From: Giardia intestinalis
Lineage: Eukaryota
Assembly: GCA_000002435.2 (NCBI GenBank)
Contig: CM018790.1
DNA: 64,000 nucleotides
Direction: 5' to 3' (one strand)
A program made the position numbers and the translations under genes. Under the pieces are notes generated by a model, which worked only from the letters and a program-made list of their open reading frames with translations, was not told where the DNA came from and ran no database searches. How positions within the stretch are numbered: position 1 is the stretch's first letter; the number at the start of each line of letters is the position of its first letter. This document shows positions 19,105-29,934 of this stretch, one piece after another.

Positions 19105-21717
19105 ATGTGTCTCACGCATGCAGTGGAGACAATTGTGCATCGTCTAGAGGCCGAGCTAGACACCCCCTTGGGCAAGCTGCTGGAGGTTCATGAAAGCTAC
19201 CACGCCAAGGCATTTCCATTCAATGGGAGCTATAAGCAGCTACTCAAGCAACAGCACAGTATACCGTTCACAGAATATGATGCTATACTTATGTACAGGA
19301 TTCTATTTTATATCTACGATGCTATCAATCCAATTAATATATTACCAGAGCAGCTAAATGAAACAGTAGCTCCATGCGTCCTGTCCTTGCTCTCTCTGAT
19401 GCTTGGCAGGCACGTCTCCCCAGTGTTATGTGCCCTCAAAACCTTCATTTTATCAACCACACATGATACATTCTTTAAACCCATATACCGGAGTAGAGGT
19501 TGTGCATTTCCACATCTATTTCATGCATCGCTCAGCTCTGTCATCCAGGCTCATGCCGTAGGCTTCCTCACTGAAGCTTTGCAGGAGACGCCGTATGCAA
19601 AGTATATCAAATTGTACTGTAGACGATCGCGGCACGCCATATGCTGCCCTGTGATCTCCACGTCCTTTATCGACCAAGTACTTATGCAGTTTCTATCAAC
19701 ATCAAGCCCATTTTTGTCGAAAACACTGGCCAGTGAGTGCTGCAGCTGCGATCGATCAATAGTGCACGCTTTAAAGATAGTAGAAAAAAGGTGCAAGTTT
19801 CGGTACCTAGATAAGACTCGGCTCTACCTTCCAGACATCTCCTGTGGGTCCTCTTTCGGCCCGCCTGTGTCTTGCTTCAGTGACCAGAGCAGACCAGGAC
19901 CTGTTCGACTGACGTGGCTTCCAGTATCCAGGACCGTCATGAGTAGGGACGATCCTCTGTATCCTATTACTAAGTCCCCGGTGCCGTGTGCATGCTGTAG
20001 CTCTTCCACGACTTCGCCACAGACTTCCACCTGCACTCTAGGCATCACGGGGCGTGTTACCCAGCTCTTCCTAGACTTCCTGTCTCTCTCCTGTAAAACC
20101 GCAAAGGACTCGGGCAAGCCAGCCGACACACTTTCGTTTTTAAGATACTTAGAGACAACAGACACTAAGGATCTATGTTCCTGCATCAAACGGGATCTTA
20201 TTGCTGCTGCACAGCTTGATATGCTGCACGAACTTGATAAGCTCCTGCAGGAGGGCAGCCTGGCGTCTTGCCCTAGCCCAGCTGTGAGAAAGAAGCTTGC
20301 TGAGGTTGCTCATGTCTTTTCTATGCTGTATTATGATGTCCTAACATTGGAATGTCGAAGCACTGGACAATATACCACACTTTTGGCGTCCCACAATTAC
20401 ACTCCTGACAGGGCTCTCAGACTGTCCACTGGTGTCGGCAAGGTCCGAAAGACTAACAGCAATAACGAGGATCTTAGCAGCGACGGTGACTGGGTGCAGG
20501 AGCCAGCTAATGTACCTAAGAAAAAGCAATCATATCGGGTGTTCACCAGAGCCTTCGAAGCGAAAAATCTAGCACTGAACCTGTTCATCAAAGAGTGCAG
20601 TAGCTTCAAAGACCTGGATGCTTCGGGTATCTCTAAAGCGTCAGCGCTTTTCAGAATTATGACCTCTATGTGTCCAGAGAACAAAGATGAGGCCTTCTCA
20701 TCTACCTCCAAGGAGAAACGCGTCTCACTGCCATCTTCATATACTCACTCTGGCACCAGTAGCCATGAGGGAGACTCCCTCAGATACATTTTGGCTGTAA
20801 TGACCTCTTCTCTCTACAGTCCTGTCTCTCCCCCGCCCACGTCACACCCCTTCTACTTTTCCACAAGACAATTGTATAGGTTTATTCTGCTGAACAATTC
20901 TGCAAGTCCATGGATTCTTAATTTGGTAGAGCAGATCAGAACAAAAGACATCCAGATTGTGCGACACCGTGTACTGCCGACCAGAAGGATGTCCGTCTAT
21001 GAGTGTTCCAGACAGTGCTCGTGCCCCCTCTCATGCTTACGCCGGTGCGTTCAGTTTGGCAAGCGGTATAGGCTTCAAATCTTCCGGCAGCGGTATGGAT
21101 ATTGGGGTCTCAGGACACTGGATTATATACCAAAAGGAGCGCCGGTGTGTGAGTACACCGGAGATCTGATTGGAGAGAACCTAGCAGAGCGACGGGGTGT
21201 AATAGCTGACATGCAGCGCTGCTCATATCTCTATGACATCGTTTGTGTCTTCAAGTATTGCTTCTCATCTTCTGAAAAGCCAGCTCACAGAGACGCCCGC
21301 GGTGCATCCTCTGGAGGAATGCGGCTTGGACTTTCTAGCCATGGGATACGGGGTGCACACGTTTCTCAAGAAACCGCTGACTCCGATGATTCTTATAACC
21401 GCAGCGCATCAGACTTGGAGGCCAGCACCATATATGTTATAGACGCCACTAGAGCAGGCAATGAAGGCCGATATGCTAACCATCGCACAAGGGATAATAT
21501 AGTAGCCAAGCGAATAATATGGGACGACGACCCGATCACTAGTCACTTTGCCCACCCTCATCTTTACTTCTTTGCCACCACTGACATCAAACCAATGGAA
21601 GAGCTGTTCCTCAACTACATGTACAAGGACAACGGCGACGGCCTCATAAGGCTGAAGTACCCCTGGGCTTTCGACAATGAAGCAGTGACGAAGGAAGCCA
21701 ATGAGGAGATTCACTAA
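19105..21717 (+). CDS. SET-domain lysine methyltransferase with a pre-SET-like Cys cluster (SUV39-like architecture, no post-SET)
   Basis: C-terminal pre-SET-like ECSRQCSCPLSCLRRCVQFGKRYRLQIFRQRYGYWGLRT; SET-N GAPVCEYTGDLIGE; SET-C IDATRAGNEGRYANHRTRDN ... ELFLNYMY. Track start 19087 is GTG; first ATG is 19105. Confidence 0.75.
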   Translation: MCLTHAVETIVHRLEAELDTPLGKLLEVHESYHAKAFPFNGSYKQLLKQQHSIPFTEYDAILMYRILFYIYDAINPINILPEQLNETVAPCVLSLLSLMLGRHVSPVLCALKTFILSTTHDTFFKPIYRSRGCAFPHLFHASLSSVIQAHAVGFLTEALQETPYAKYIKLYCRRSRHAICCPVISTSFIDQVLMQFLSTSSPFLSKTLASECCSCDRSIVHALKIVEKRCKFRYLDKTRLYLPDISCGSSFGPPVSCFSDQSRPGPVRLTWLPVSRTVMSRDDPLYPITKSPVPCACCSSSTTSPQTSTCTLGITGRVTQLFLDFLSLSCKTAKDSGKPADTLSFLRYLETTDTKDLCSCIKRDLIAAAQLDMLHELDKLLQEGSLASCPSPAVRKKLAEVAHVFSMLYYDVLTLECRSTGQYTTLLASHNYTPDRALRLSTGVGKVRKTNSNNEDLSSDGDWVQEPANVPKKKQSYRVFTRAFEAKNLALNLFIKECSSFKDLDASGISKASALFRIMTSMCPENKDEAFSSTSKEKRVSLPSSYTHSGTSSHEGDSLRYILAVMTSSLYSPVSPPPTSHPFYFSTRQLYRFILLNNSASPWILNLVEQIRTKDIQIVRHRVLPTRRMSVYECSRQCSCPLSCLRRCVQFGKRYRLQIFRQRYGYWGLRTLDYIPKGAPVCEYTGDLIGENLAERRGVIADMQRCSYLYDIVCVFKYCFSSSEKPAHRDARGASSGGMRLGLSSHGIRGAHVSQETADSDDSYNRSASDLEASTIYVIDATRAGNEGRYANHRTRDNIVAKRIIWDDDPITSHFAHPHLYFFATTDIKPMEELFLNYMYKDNGDGLIRLKYPWAFDNEAVTKEANEEIH

Positions 21718-21811
21718 CGCGTCAATTGTGTAACCAACTCTGCGCTTCTGTGAACAGGCACCTTGATGCCTCACAGGCGACAATCTAAGTCCGACGAGCC
21801 GACAGCTTGCT

Positions 21812-22294
21812 CTACTTACGGCTCACTTGAGAACTCAAGTCCCCGACGCGCCCGCCAACGGTTCCGGAACCCTTTGCAACAGAGTCTCTGCCAGCCAGAC
21901 CACGCCCGGTACCGTCCGCGTTGAAGCGCTCCTTGTGGGTTCCATGGTAAGTGCTCGGGTCCGTCAACCTATCAAATATAGACCCGCCCTTGACCTGGGA
22001 CGCAGCCTTTGGCTTGTCTCTACTGGAGGTCGGGTGTTCCGTGTGTGCTGCCTCGGTACCTGCAGGCTTACGGTTGACAGTCGGTGCAACGGGATCGTGC
22101 TTTTTGTTAATGTTGGATGCCTCCTGGAGCTTGATGTGGTCGTGCTTCACATCAGGGCGATCGTTGAAGCGAGCGCGGTGGGACGCCTGATAGGTGCTCG
22201 GATCCGTCAGCCTGTCGAATATGGAGCCGCCCTTGATCTGGGAGGCGGCTTTGGGCTTTTCCGTCATGTCTTGTTTCGCGTAATGGTCCGGCAT
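21812..22294 (-). CDS. p25-alpha / TPPP-family protein with a tandemly duplicated core motif
   Basis: GGSIFDRLTDPSTYQASHRARFND and GGSIFDRLTDPSTYHGTHKERFNADGTGRGLAGR match the TPPP signature [28 protein letters not shown]. ATG preceded by aattaaaaagct. Confidence 0.65.
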   Translation of the reverse strand: MPDHYAKQDMTEKPKAASQIKGGSIFDRLTDPSTYQASHRARFNDRPDVKHDHIKLQEASNINKKHDPVAPTVNRKPAGTEAAHTEHPTSSRDKPKAASQVKGGSIFDRLTDPSTYHGTHKERFNADGTGRGLAGRDSVAKGSGTVGGRVGDLSSQVSRK

Positions 22295-22346
22295 GAGCTT
22301 AGCTTTTTAATTGGGGACACGAAAAACCTGTAATTTTATATTTAGA

Positions 22347-25300
22347 TTATCCTACCCATTCCCCTTCGAAGACTGTGCCATTTGCATATGTCATGACACC
22401 CTTACCGCATATCTTATTTGCCAGAAAGTGCCCCACATAAACATCTCCATTTGCATACCTCAGAGTTCCCTTTCCGTGGTACTTACCATAGCTAAACTCT
22501 CCTGTATACACGTCTCCACTCTTCTGCCGACGCACTCCTTCACCGTGCGGCATCCCAGCAGCAACGTTTCCTTCGTAGTAGTCTCCATTACTGTATGTTA
22601 TCTTGCAGTCGCTTCCTTCCATAACGTCATGGGCGAACGTTCCCTCCAGGACATCTCCGTTGATAAGGCGCATGATGCCCTGGCCGTGCTTCATGTTGTT
22701 AGCAAACTCCCCCTCATATCTGTCGCCGTCTCTGTAGACCAAAGTTCCTGCACCCCACATTTCGTTTTCTCTCCACATTCCCTCGTAGACACTGCCATCT
22801 GGAAAGGTCATTTTACCGAGTCCGCTACGAAGATCTTCCTTGTACGGTCCAGTGTATGTACTGCCGTTAGGATAATTCATCGTGCCGTGTCCATGCCGAA
22901 GGTCGTTAAGAAACTCACCTACATAAATCTTCTCTTCTTTGTATATTAGAGTGCCACTTCCACAGCGCTTATCCTCTTTATACTCGCCTTTGTACTTTAG
23001 CGCTCCAGTAGACAGGTAGAATGCACCACTCCCATGCCTCATGCAATCAAGTACGTCGCCCTCATAGTAGTCTGAGTTTGGATATACCATCCTGCACTTG
23101 TGGGCAGAAGGGGTTATGCTGGGGTTTGTCAGGGCAGAAGCATCGGCGTCTACCTCGTCTAGGGCCAAATTGTATTGAGCACATAAGTTCTCGGACGGGT
23201 CTGTGTGTCCTTTGTTGAGCAGCTCTATCCTGGCAGAGCACAGCGTAGAGTAGTGCTTCTTAAACTGCTCTGGTAATCTCTTAAGCTGCCAATGGATTGT
23301 AAGAAACGTGGTAGTTGATGAAAGAAACGCCTTTCCGGCTCCATAGAACACTCCGTAGACATATTCTCCTATATATCTAATATCGGAGCTTTTGAACACA
23401 ATCTCCACAGTATCTTTCTCGTTACCATTCTCATATGTGTTTTCCATTATTATTGGCTGGAGAGGTTGTATGGTTTTTTCTAGCACACCATCATCACTTT
23501 TACCGTCCTTGTCGCGTCGCTCTAACACCCGAAACCGGTTAGATGTGCCGTTGATGAATTTGACAAGCTTTCCGGATGGGACTCCTTTGACGTATCTTCC
23601 TGTTTCAATCTCTCCCTGGGAACTCAGAATAGTCTGATCACCGCACAGGTTGTCGTTCCTGAAAGCCCCAATGACTAGCAACCCGGATCCTGCTGAAAAT
23701 GCCTTCCCGGCCCCGTGTCGTCTATCTGCGTAGAAGCCTCCACGATATATGTCTCCGTTGACATAATGCACGACTGCAATGTTAGACGATGTAAGTGTAA
23801 ACTCATAGGGATCCTCACTACACCCAAGAGTCAGACAATAGCTAGGCTCCGCACTCTCTGGACCATGATCTTTCGAGGATGCAAACCTCATTGGGCCGGC
23901 GTATGTTCTTATGTGACTGTGTGGGCCATAAGGCCTTGTCTCGCTATGAGCGTAGATCAAAAGATTGTACCCCCCGTGGGAGATGTCTCCCTCATAAAAG
24001 CTAGCTGTCAGCACATAGTTATACATAGGGTTTGTCAGCTTCCCAAGCCCAGAAAACTTCCCTCTAGAAAATCTCCCTTTGTAGCTGATTCCATTAGAAT
24101 ATTCTAGGAGGCCTTCTCCGTGGAAGAGGCCGTCCTTTAAAGGGCCTCTATAATGGTAGGTATTATCTGAAACAGTGTATACTGTACATGCACCAGCCTG
24201 AGCTTGCTGTATCCCTTTAACTACCCGCCTGTTTTGCGGGTCTGAATATTTAAATATCACCGTGCAGTGCTCTTGTGCCTTTCCATCCTCAAACTCACCT
24301 TCTGTTAGAGTGTCTTCTGCGCTGCTATAATATGTGCCCACACCCGTTTGCTTTCCTGCGATAAACTGACCCTTGTACCATGAGCCATCACCGAATGAGA
24401 GTGTTCCATCTCCATGGGGAAGCCCATTTGCAAATTCTCCTACATAGCTAGCATCACCCATCCTACCATTGTTTCCATAGGTGATCTTGCCTGCACCCTC
24501 CAGACGCCCTTCAACGAAATTCCCTTCGTAGATGTCTCCCGTCGTGGTCAACAGCAACCGCCCGGGGCCATGTCTAACATTATTGTAAAATGCTCCCACA
24601 TATTCTTCTCCTTCACTGGGAAGTTCTTGGCGGGATTCTGGGCCATCACGGCGAGACTGCACAAAAATCCCCTCGTACCGCTCCTGCAGTGTTGGTCGGC
24701 CATTGTGATCTCTTTTATAAAGAGACAGAACTCCGTGACCCGAAAGGACATTATCACTGATTGGCCCCTGGTAATTGAAAAGTTCCGATGATATAACAAT
24801 GCTTTTTCCACAGAGCGTTAATTCAGGACTAATATATCCTTTGTAGTTCGCTAGAACTGGTTCCTCGTAATCAATCCCTAGTGCTTGGAAAAAGTTTTCT
24901 TCCACAAATGAGGCCTCCAAAGCTATCTCTACTTCCCCTTGAAAAGAGCATACACAAGACAAGAGCTGTTTAGAGCCTAGTAGTTCTAAAAGCCTGTAGT
25001 ACCTAGAGAGATTGAAGTAGTTACATAGCTTGTACAGGTCTGGCTTCTGAGGCGAGGTCACAACTCCTGAAACAACCCCTAGACCTGGAGCAGTTACTTT
25101 GCCTTCTAGCAAGGGAAGATCGGCGTCAAATTGGCCGGAGTATTCTACTAAGAGCTTGTCATTGCATTTCAGAGCAAACTCTCCTTGTCCCCTGCGTCTG
25201 CCGTTACGGTACGTCCCCGAGTAGAGGAGACGTAACTGCGAAGATCCTGTGTCAGACGAGTGAACAGAGATGTCCATGGTGGCCTCTCCGTCTAGTATGG

Positions 25301-27677
25301 AACTATTGTAGGTCCCAGTAATTGTTGCAGTGCATACTAAATAAGGAGCTTCTGCCTGAGAAAGCGTAGCATACTCTGATTCCACTTTATCCTGAGTAAG
25401 AACGGATAGCTCAAGCGATCCATCTAAGTAGCCATCTGCGAAAGACCCGGTTGCTAAAACAGCAAGCCTGGTGTCAGGAAATTGATAGAACATAGCTCCA
25501 GTCCCTGTCAGGCGCATATCCTCCAGTGTTCCAGCGTAGAACTGTGGAACGAGGCTAGTCAAGTTGCTAGGATCTAGGGTAACCGACTTCAAGTTACACG
25601 TTTGCACATCTGTCAAAACAGCTTGCTCGCTATTGAGGTCCTCTCCGGCTAAGATCTTGGCCACGACAGTTTCAAGATTATCTGCCGAAGCGTTGAAGAA
25701 AGATACGAAATAGGAGGGTGAAAACCTAGAAGGATTGGCCCTTTTGATTGGCTGAAGCTGACTAACAGTCATGAGGTCTGACGGATCATCAACCGTATCT
25801 CTGGCAGCTCTGGAAACAGAAAGGGATGTCTTAAGGCAGAGCTTCCGCATCGCACTCGTCACTAGCGATGGGAAGGCATTCGGTGCACTGCAATACACAC
25901 GATAGCGAAACGTATCCACCTCAACTAGGACAGGGCATTGTGGCACATTGTGCTTGAAAGAACCAATGGTTCTGCGGGCTATGTGTTCATTGGTTACTTT
26001 GTCTAAACACATGTAATCCGTGAGGACGCCAGATAAGAACGTATCATCCTCAAATTTTCCAACGAAATGATACAGATTTCCAGCCTGTTGTGTCCCCCGT
26101 CCTGATCGGAGGCCACGAACAAAGGTCCCCTTGTAAACTACCGCCAATCCTTTTCCCGGGAGTGTAGATCTTCCAAGGCGAGAAACACCTGTTGTTTGAA
26201 GGAATGATTCTATCACGGAAGCCTCCACTGTTGAAGATTGACAGACAGAGCTATGTTGAGGACGGAGCGCCGGATTGAAGCCCATCGAAAGGGTGCCCTC
26301 CCCCGTTATCTGATCATCCTGTGCAGTACCACTAAAATAGAGGTTATTGCAGATTATGTCAAGGTCTCCCTGTCGCTGGCACATAGTATCCAGTGTAAAC
26401 TTAGACTTATATGTAAGCGCGTTATTGGCCCTATCCTTAAACTCAATAGAGATACTACATGCGCCATGGAACACATTGCTTGAATATTTGGAAAATGTGA
26501 TCGCAAGTTTGAAGTACTGAATTAGGTCGACTTCACTTGATTCCAAAATAGCTAGGTCCCCTGTATAGCTGAAAGCAACGGTCCCAGTAGATGGGATCCC
26601 AGCTACATAATCTCCCGAAAAGGTGAACTGGTTATCGTACTCCACCTCACAGCTACCGTCCAATACCCCGGCCTTAATAGACCCTGTATAGCTTACTATT
26701 AATCGAGGAGAGATACATGAAGAGAGAAAGCGCATAAGCGGCTCCACTCTAGCGTTCCAGACACTCGTGTAGAGACCATCTTCATAGCAAAGGAGGTAGT
26801 CACTGAACACAGACACGCTATCGGGTTCTAGCAGCCCCAGAATAGTGTTAATGGTGTGTCTGGATGGGTACTTATTGGATCCCTTTATCACGTAGTGAGC
26901 TGCTCTGTCCTCTATCTTGCCAGAATTGAACTGTGCCTCATAGATGCCTCCGTCTGGAAGTAGAAGCCTTCCTGCACCGCTATATAGGCCATCCAGAAAG
27001 CCTCCTACGTAAATTGTCCCATCCTTATATTCTATTCTGCCCTGTCCTGTCTGTTGTCCATCCGAAAACTCTCCTTTGTACGTGTACTCTTCGGTTTGCA
27101 GCTCGCCACTGCCATGAAATACCCCCTTAGTGAACGCACCTACGTAGTAGAAGGCAGGGGTTTTAAGGGTTCCAGAGCCATGGTAATCCCCACATTCAAA
27201 GGCACCCTCATAGTGTGCCTCACCCACGATATCCAGAACCCCTTTGCCATGGCGAAGGTTGCTTTTCCATTCACCTTCGTAGTAGCTCCCGTCTTTATAC
27301 GTCAAGATGCCTCTACCCTCACGAACATCATTGGCCCATGTACCCTCATAGACTGAGCCATCGGGATAATGGCACGTCCCTGTGCCGTCACGCTTCTCTT
27401 GCCTGTATGTTCCTTCGTATACCGTACCGTCCTTATAGCGTGTGCGGCCCTTTTTAAACATCTGAAGAGACAATCCTTTGGTTTTATAGAGGTTTATGTC
27501 TTGGTCCTTAAGTATCGTTCCATTGGATGGTGGCAGATCATAGTACATCCAAAGATAAACTGTGACTATAGCTATAGGCAGGAGATGCGATTTATGAAAA
27601 CGGTGCTTGACGGTAAGCAAAGTCAATCTTATAGCACCTTGGTCGCCAGAAGGGTGTATGGATATTACACTACGCAT
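22347..27677 (-). CDS. Giant MORN-repeat protein (1776 aa)
   Basis: Dozens of YxGxWxxGxxHGxG units at both ends (YEGEWKSNLRHGKGVL, YEGTWANDVREGRGIL, YTGEFSYGKYHGKGTL). The first ATG overlaps the Dicer stop by 8 nt; in-frame ATGs at codons 44 and 73 are alternative starts. Confidence 0.8.
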   Translation of the reverse strand: MRSVISIHPSGDQGAIRLTLLTVKHRFHKSHLLPIAIVTVYLWMYYDLPPSNGTILKDQDINLYKTKGLSLQMFKKGRTRYKDGTVYEGTYRQEKRDGTGTCHYPDGSVYEGTWANDVREGRGILTYKDGSYYEGEWKSNLRHGKGVLDIVGEAHYEGAFECGDYHGSGTLKTPAFYYVGAFTKGVFHGSGELQTEEYTYKGEFSDGQQTGQGRIEYKDGTIYVGGFLDGLYSGAGRLLLPDGGIYEAQFNSGKIEDRAAHYVIKGSNKYPSRHTINTILGLLEPDSVSVFSDYLLCYEDGLYTSVWNARVEPLMRFLSSCISPRLIVSYTGSIKAGVLDGSCEVEYDNQFTFSGDYVAGIPSTGTVAFSYTGDLAILESSEVDLIQYFKLAITFSKYSSNVFHGACSISIEFKDRANNALTYKSKFTLDTMCQRQGDLDIICNNLYFSGTAQDDQITGEGTLSMGFNPALRPQHSSVCQSSTVEASVIESFLQTTGVSRLGRSTLPGKGLAVVYKGTFVRGLRSGRGTQQAGNLYHFVGKFEDDTFLSGVLTDYMCLDKVTNEHIARRTIGSFKHNVPQCPVLVEVDTFRYRVYCSAPNAFPSLVTSAMRKLCLKTSLSVSRAARDTVDDPSDLMTVSQLQPIKRANPSRFSPSYFVSFFNASADNLETVVAKILAGEDLNSEQAVLTDVQTCNLKSVTLDPSNLTSLVPQFYAGTLEDMRLTGTGAMFYQFPDTRLAVLATGSFADGYLDGSLELSVLTQDKVESEYATLSQAEAPYLVCTATITGTYNSSILDGEATMDISVHSSDTGSSQLRLLYSGTYRNGRRRGQGEFALKCNDKLLVEYSGQFDADLPLLEGKVTAPGLGVVSGVVTSPQKPDLYKLCNYFNLSRYYRLLELLGSKQLLSCVCSFQGEVEIALEASFVEENFFQALGIDYEEPVLANYKGYISPELTLCGKSIVISSELFNYQGPISDNVLSGHGVLSLYKRDHNGRPTLQERYEGIFVQSRRDGPESRQELPSEGEEYVGAFYNNVRHGPGRLLLTTTGDIYEGNFVEGRLEGAGKITYGNNGRMGDASYVGEFANGLPHGDGTLSFGDGSWYKGQFIAGKQTGVGTYYSSAEDTLTEGEFEDGKAQEHCTVIFKYSDPQNRRVVKGIQQAQAGACTVYTVSDNTYHYRGPLKDGLFHGEGLLEYSNGISYKGRFSRGKFSGLGKLTNPMYNYVLTASFYEGDISHGGYNLLIYAHSETRPYGPHSHIRTYAGPMRFASSKDHGPESAEPSYCLTLGCSEDPYEFTLTSSNIAVVHYVNGDIYRGGFYADRRHGAGKAFSAGSGLLVIGAFRNDNLCGDQTILSSQGEIETGRYVKGVPSGKLVKFINGTSNRFRVLERRDKDGKSDDGVLEKTIQPLQPIIMENTYENGNEKDTVEIVFKSSDIRYIGEYVYGVFYGAGKAFLSSTTTFLTIHWQLKRLPEQFKKHYSTLCSARIELLNKGHTDPSENLCAQYNLALDEVDADASALTNPSITPSAHKCRMVYPNSDYYEGDVLDCMRHGSGAFYLSTGALKYKGEYKEDKRCGSGTLIYKEEKIYVGEFLNDLRHGHGTMNYPNGSTYTGPYKEDLRSGLGKMTFPDGSVYEGMWRENEMWGAGTLVYRDGDRYEGEFANNMKHGQGIMRLINGDVLEGTFAHDVMEGSDCKITYSNGDYYEGNVAAGMPHGEGVRRQKSGDVYTGEFSYGKYHGKGTLRYANGDVYVGHFLANKICGKGVMTYANGTVFEGEWVG

Positions 27678-29934
27678 CAGCTACTACTTGTGGGAGAACA
27701 TGCTCTCGAACAAAAGCACCTGCTGCCTCTTCCCCGCACGCAAGAAGAATTGCTGCCAAAATGGCTTCAAATGTATCGCCATAAACCTTGCTGTCAGGCT
27801 GTATTTTCGGATGGGATTCTATAATAACCTCAGAAACTACAGAAGGAAACCTTTTTGTCAATCTTCCCAGTACAGAATTTGTTTCTGCAGATTGCCGCAT
27901 GCGTGTAAGAGCGCCCTCTGTGAGCGTGGGGTGGAGAGCGTGGAGATGGAGAGCAAGGCTGCACTTCAGGAATGCGTCTCCAAGAAGCTCAAGTTTTTGG
28001 TACACGTGAGGAGTTAGTGCTATTTGCAATAACCGAATCAGGAAGGGGATAGTGCCACTAGGAATGGGTACGGCCAGAGATCTGCTAACTGTCTGAGCTG
28101 CTATATGCTTACTACCTCCTGATGACTCATATGCCAGAATCTTCTCATAGAGAGCGAGAACCTTAGAAGCAACGGGCCCTGTAGGGGTTTCTGTGAGCGA
28201 CCCATATAAAACAGGACACTGCACAGAGCGATGATAGATATATAAAACAGGTATAGTGGGCGGACAAGCCGACTCATTCTTATCAGTTTGCTGTTCAACA
28301 TAGAAGCCTGGAGAGCCCAGCCATAGGCCTCGAGCCAAATGTGTCATTATGTCTATAACTGATACGACGCCGCCAGGTCCTGATAGGCCTGAACGATGCG
28401 AAAACTGGATACCAAGTCGGTACCAATCTAGCATGTCCTCTGCTGGAATGTCTCTGAGACGCTCGAGAAACATAGTTGACACCCGCGAAGAACAGAAGAC
28501 ACTAATGCCTTGCTCACAAGCATAGTCCACAAGGCTTCTGAATTCATGCGCCCCCGCTTCTCCCATGCAAACACGCTTTGATGCCTTGGTGACTGCATCT
28601 GGACAGGCAGATCCTACTGTCTTGGAGTGTTCGGGACTCATAAGCGTCTTCGCAAGAAATTCCTCACAGCCATAGATTCCATTAGGTCCCGTAAAGATTG
28701 ATCCAACGATCTCCTCATACATATCTGCCCATGTTTTGCTCTTCGCCACAAGGTTGTTGGAAAACTCCGCCAACTGAGGAAGTCCAAGCGTTTGTACAAG
28801 ATAGTTTAGAGCCTCATTGCGAACAAGCTCCATCTTTAGCTCAACAAGTGTTCCCACAGACGCATCTGGAAAAAGGCAAAGGAGGCGGGCAGTCACGATA
28901 AAGCCTAACACAGCATCTCCTAGCAATTCGAGTCGCTGGAAAACATCGGTGTGACTTACACCAAAAGGCCCAAAGGGTGTTCTCCAACCGGCAAGCCCTC
29001 GTCCACGCCCCTGATCGAGCCGAAGTCCGGCAGTGATTGCAAAGTATCGCTCGCCACCGATCCGCCCACAGTCAGGAAAGCTTTTATCCAGGGCACAGAT
29101 TGTATTCTGTATGTCACATATGTGCTTAGCAATCTCTGGTAGAAATTGAAGCGCCTGGACCCTGATTAGATCAAATTCATCTGGCAGCAGTAGGCAGAGC
29201 TCAGGCGGCAGGAAGCGAAGCTTGGGAGCCAAATCATCCCAGGATCCAGGCGCGGGAATCTGGTGGTCTTTTAGATCGTCTAATCTGACTGCTGCCACAA
29301 GCGGAAGATCTGCAGCACGCAGGTGAATATTGTGGGCTGTTGCATAGTATCTCATGTATGTTATTGATTCATTTGCTCTGGTAAAGTAAGAAAGGCTAGT
29401 TTGGGTAGAATCGATCCCAAGAACGACATAAAGAGACCAGCTTATTTCGGGAGTTGCAACCATACGCCCATGGAGGGATGCAGATAAAGTGGAATAGTCT
29501 GTATATTCATCTGACAAGCGCTTTGCATCACACATGAGTTGTGCAGTGACCATTAATGCACGCAAGTCCAGAGGGCTGGTAGGAGATAGTAAGGGTAAAA
29601 ATGCCAGGGTGGCGAATTGTGGTGGATTGGATATAAATCGAGGGAAAGTGTATTCATTGTGAGGCATTGTTGCTCCAATCTCAGTCCATGAAGCAGGAAA
29701 TGTGGGTCCCAGCAGCTGAAAGAGAATGGACTGATACACGGCTACTATAGTTGCATCAGTTCGAGAGAGAGACACCCTCGGACCCGCTTCAAAGTACACC
29801 TCTGCGGCGGGAAGCCCTCGGCCTGCACTAACCTTAAACCCTGGCAAGGTGCCCAGGTGAGTGTCTAGAAGTAGCAACCAGTGGGATGGTCCTCTAGTAG
29901 TCACAACTGTGCAACAGTGTCCCAAAGCATGCAT
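27670..29934 (-). CDS. dicer: Dicer (minimal PAZ plus two RNase III domains, 754 aa)
   Basis: 754 aa with two RNase III signatures (FQRLELLGDAVLGF, YQKLELLGDAFLKC). Length and N-terminus MHALGHCCTVVTTRGPSHWLLLLDTHLGTLPGFKV match the crystallised Giardia Dicer as I remember it. Confidence 0.92.
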   Translation of the reverse strand: MHALGHCCTVVTTRGPSHWLLLLDTHLGTLPGFKVSAGRGLPAAEVYFEAGPRVSLSRTDATIVAVYQSILFQLLGPTFPASWTEIGATMPHNEYTFPRFISNPPQFATLAFLPLLSPTSPLDLRALMVTAQLMCDAKRLSDEYTDYSTLSASLHGRMVATPEISWSLYVVLGIDSTQTSLSYFTRANESITYMRYYATAHNIHLRAADLPLVAAVRLDDLKDHQIPAPGSWDDLAPKLRFLPPELCLLLPDEFDLIRVQALQFLPEIAKHICDIQNTICALDKSFPDCGRIGGERYFAITAGLRLDQGRGRGLAGWRTPFGPFGVSHTDVFQRLELLGDAVLGFIVTARLLCLFPDASVGTLVELKMELVRNEALNYLVQTLGLPQLAEFSNNLVAKSKTWADMYEEIVGSIFTGPNGIYGCEEFLAKTLMSPEHSKTVGSACPDAVTKASKRVCMGEAGAHEFRSLVDYACEQGISVFCSSRVSTMFLERLRDIPAEDMLDWYRLGIQFSHRSGLSGPGGVVSVIDIMTHLARGLWLGSPGFYVEQQTDKNESACPPTIPVLYIYHRSVQCPVLYGSLTETPTGPVASKVLALYEKILAYESSGGSKHIAAQTVSRSLAVPIPSGTIPFLIRLLQIALTPHVYQKLELLGDAFLKCSLALHLHALHPTLTEGALTRMRQSAETNSVLGRLTKRFPSVVSEVIIESHPKIQPDSKVYGDTFEAILAAILLACGEEAAGAFVREHVLPQVVADA

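Noticed and set aside
21827-22333. 168-aa plus ORF overlapping the p25-alpha gene
   Set aside because: The opposite strand carries the recognisable TPPP motifs. This ORF is low-complexity mirror sequence.
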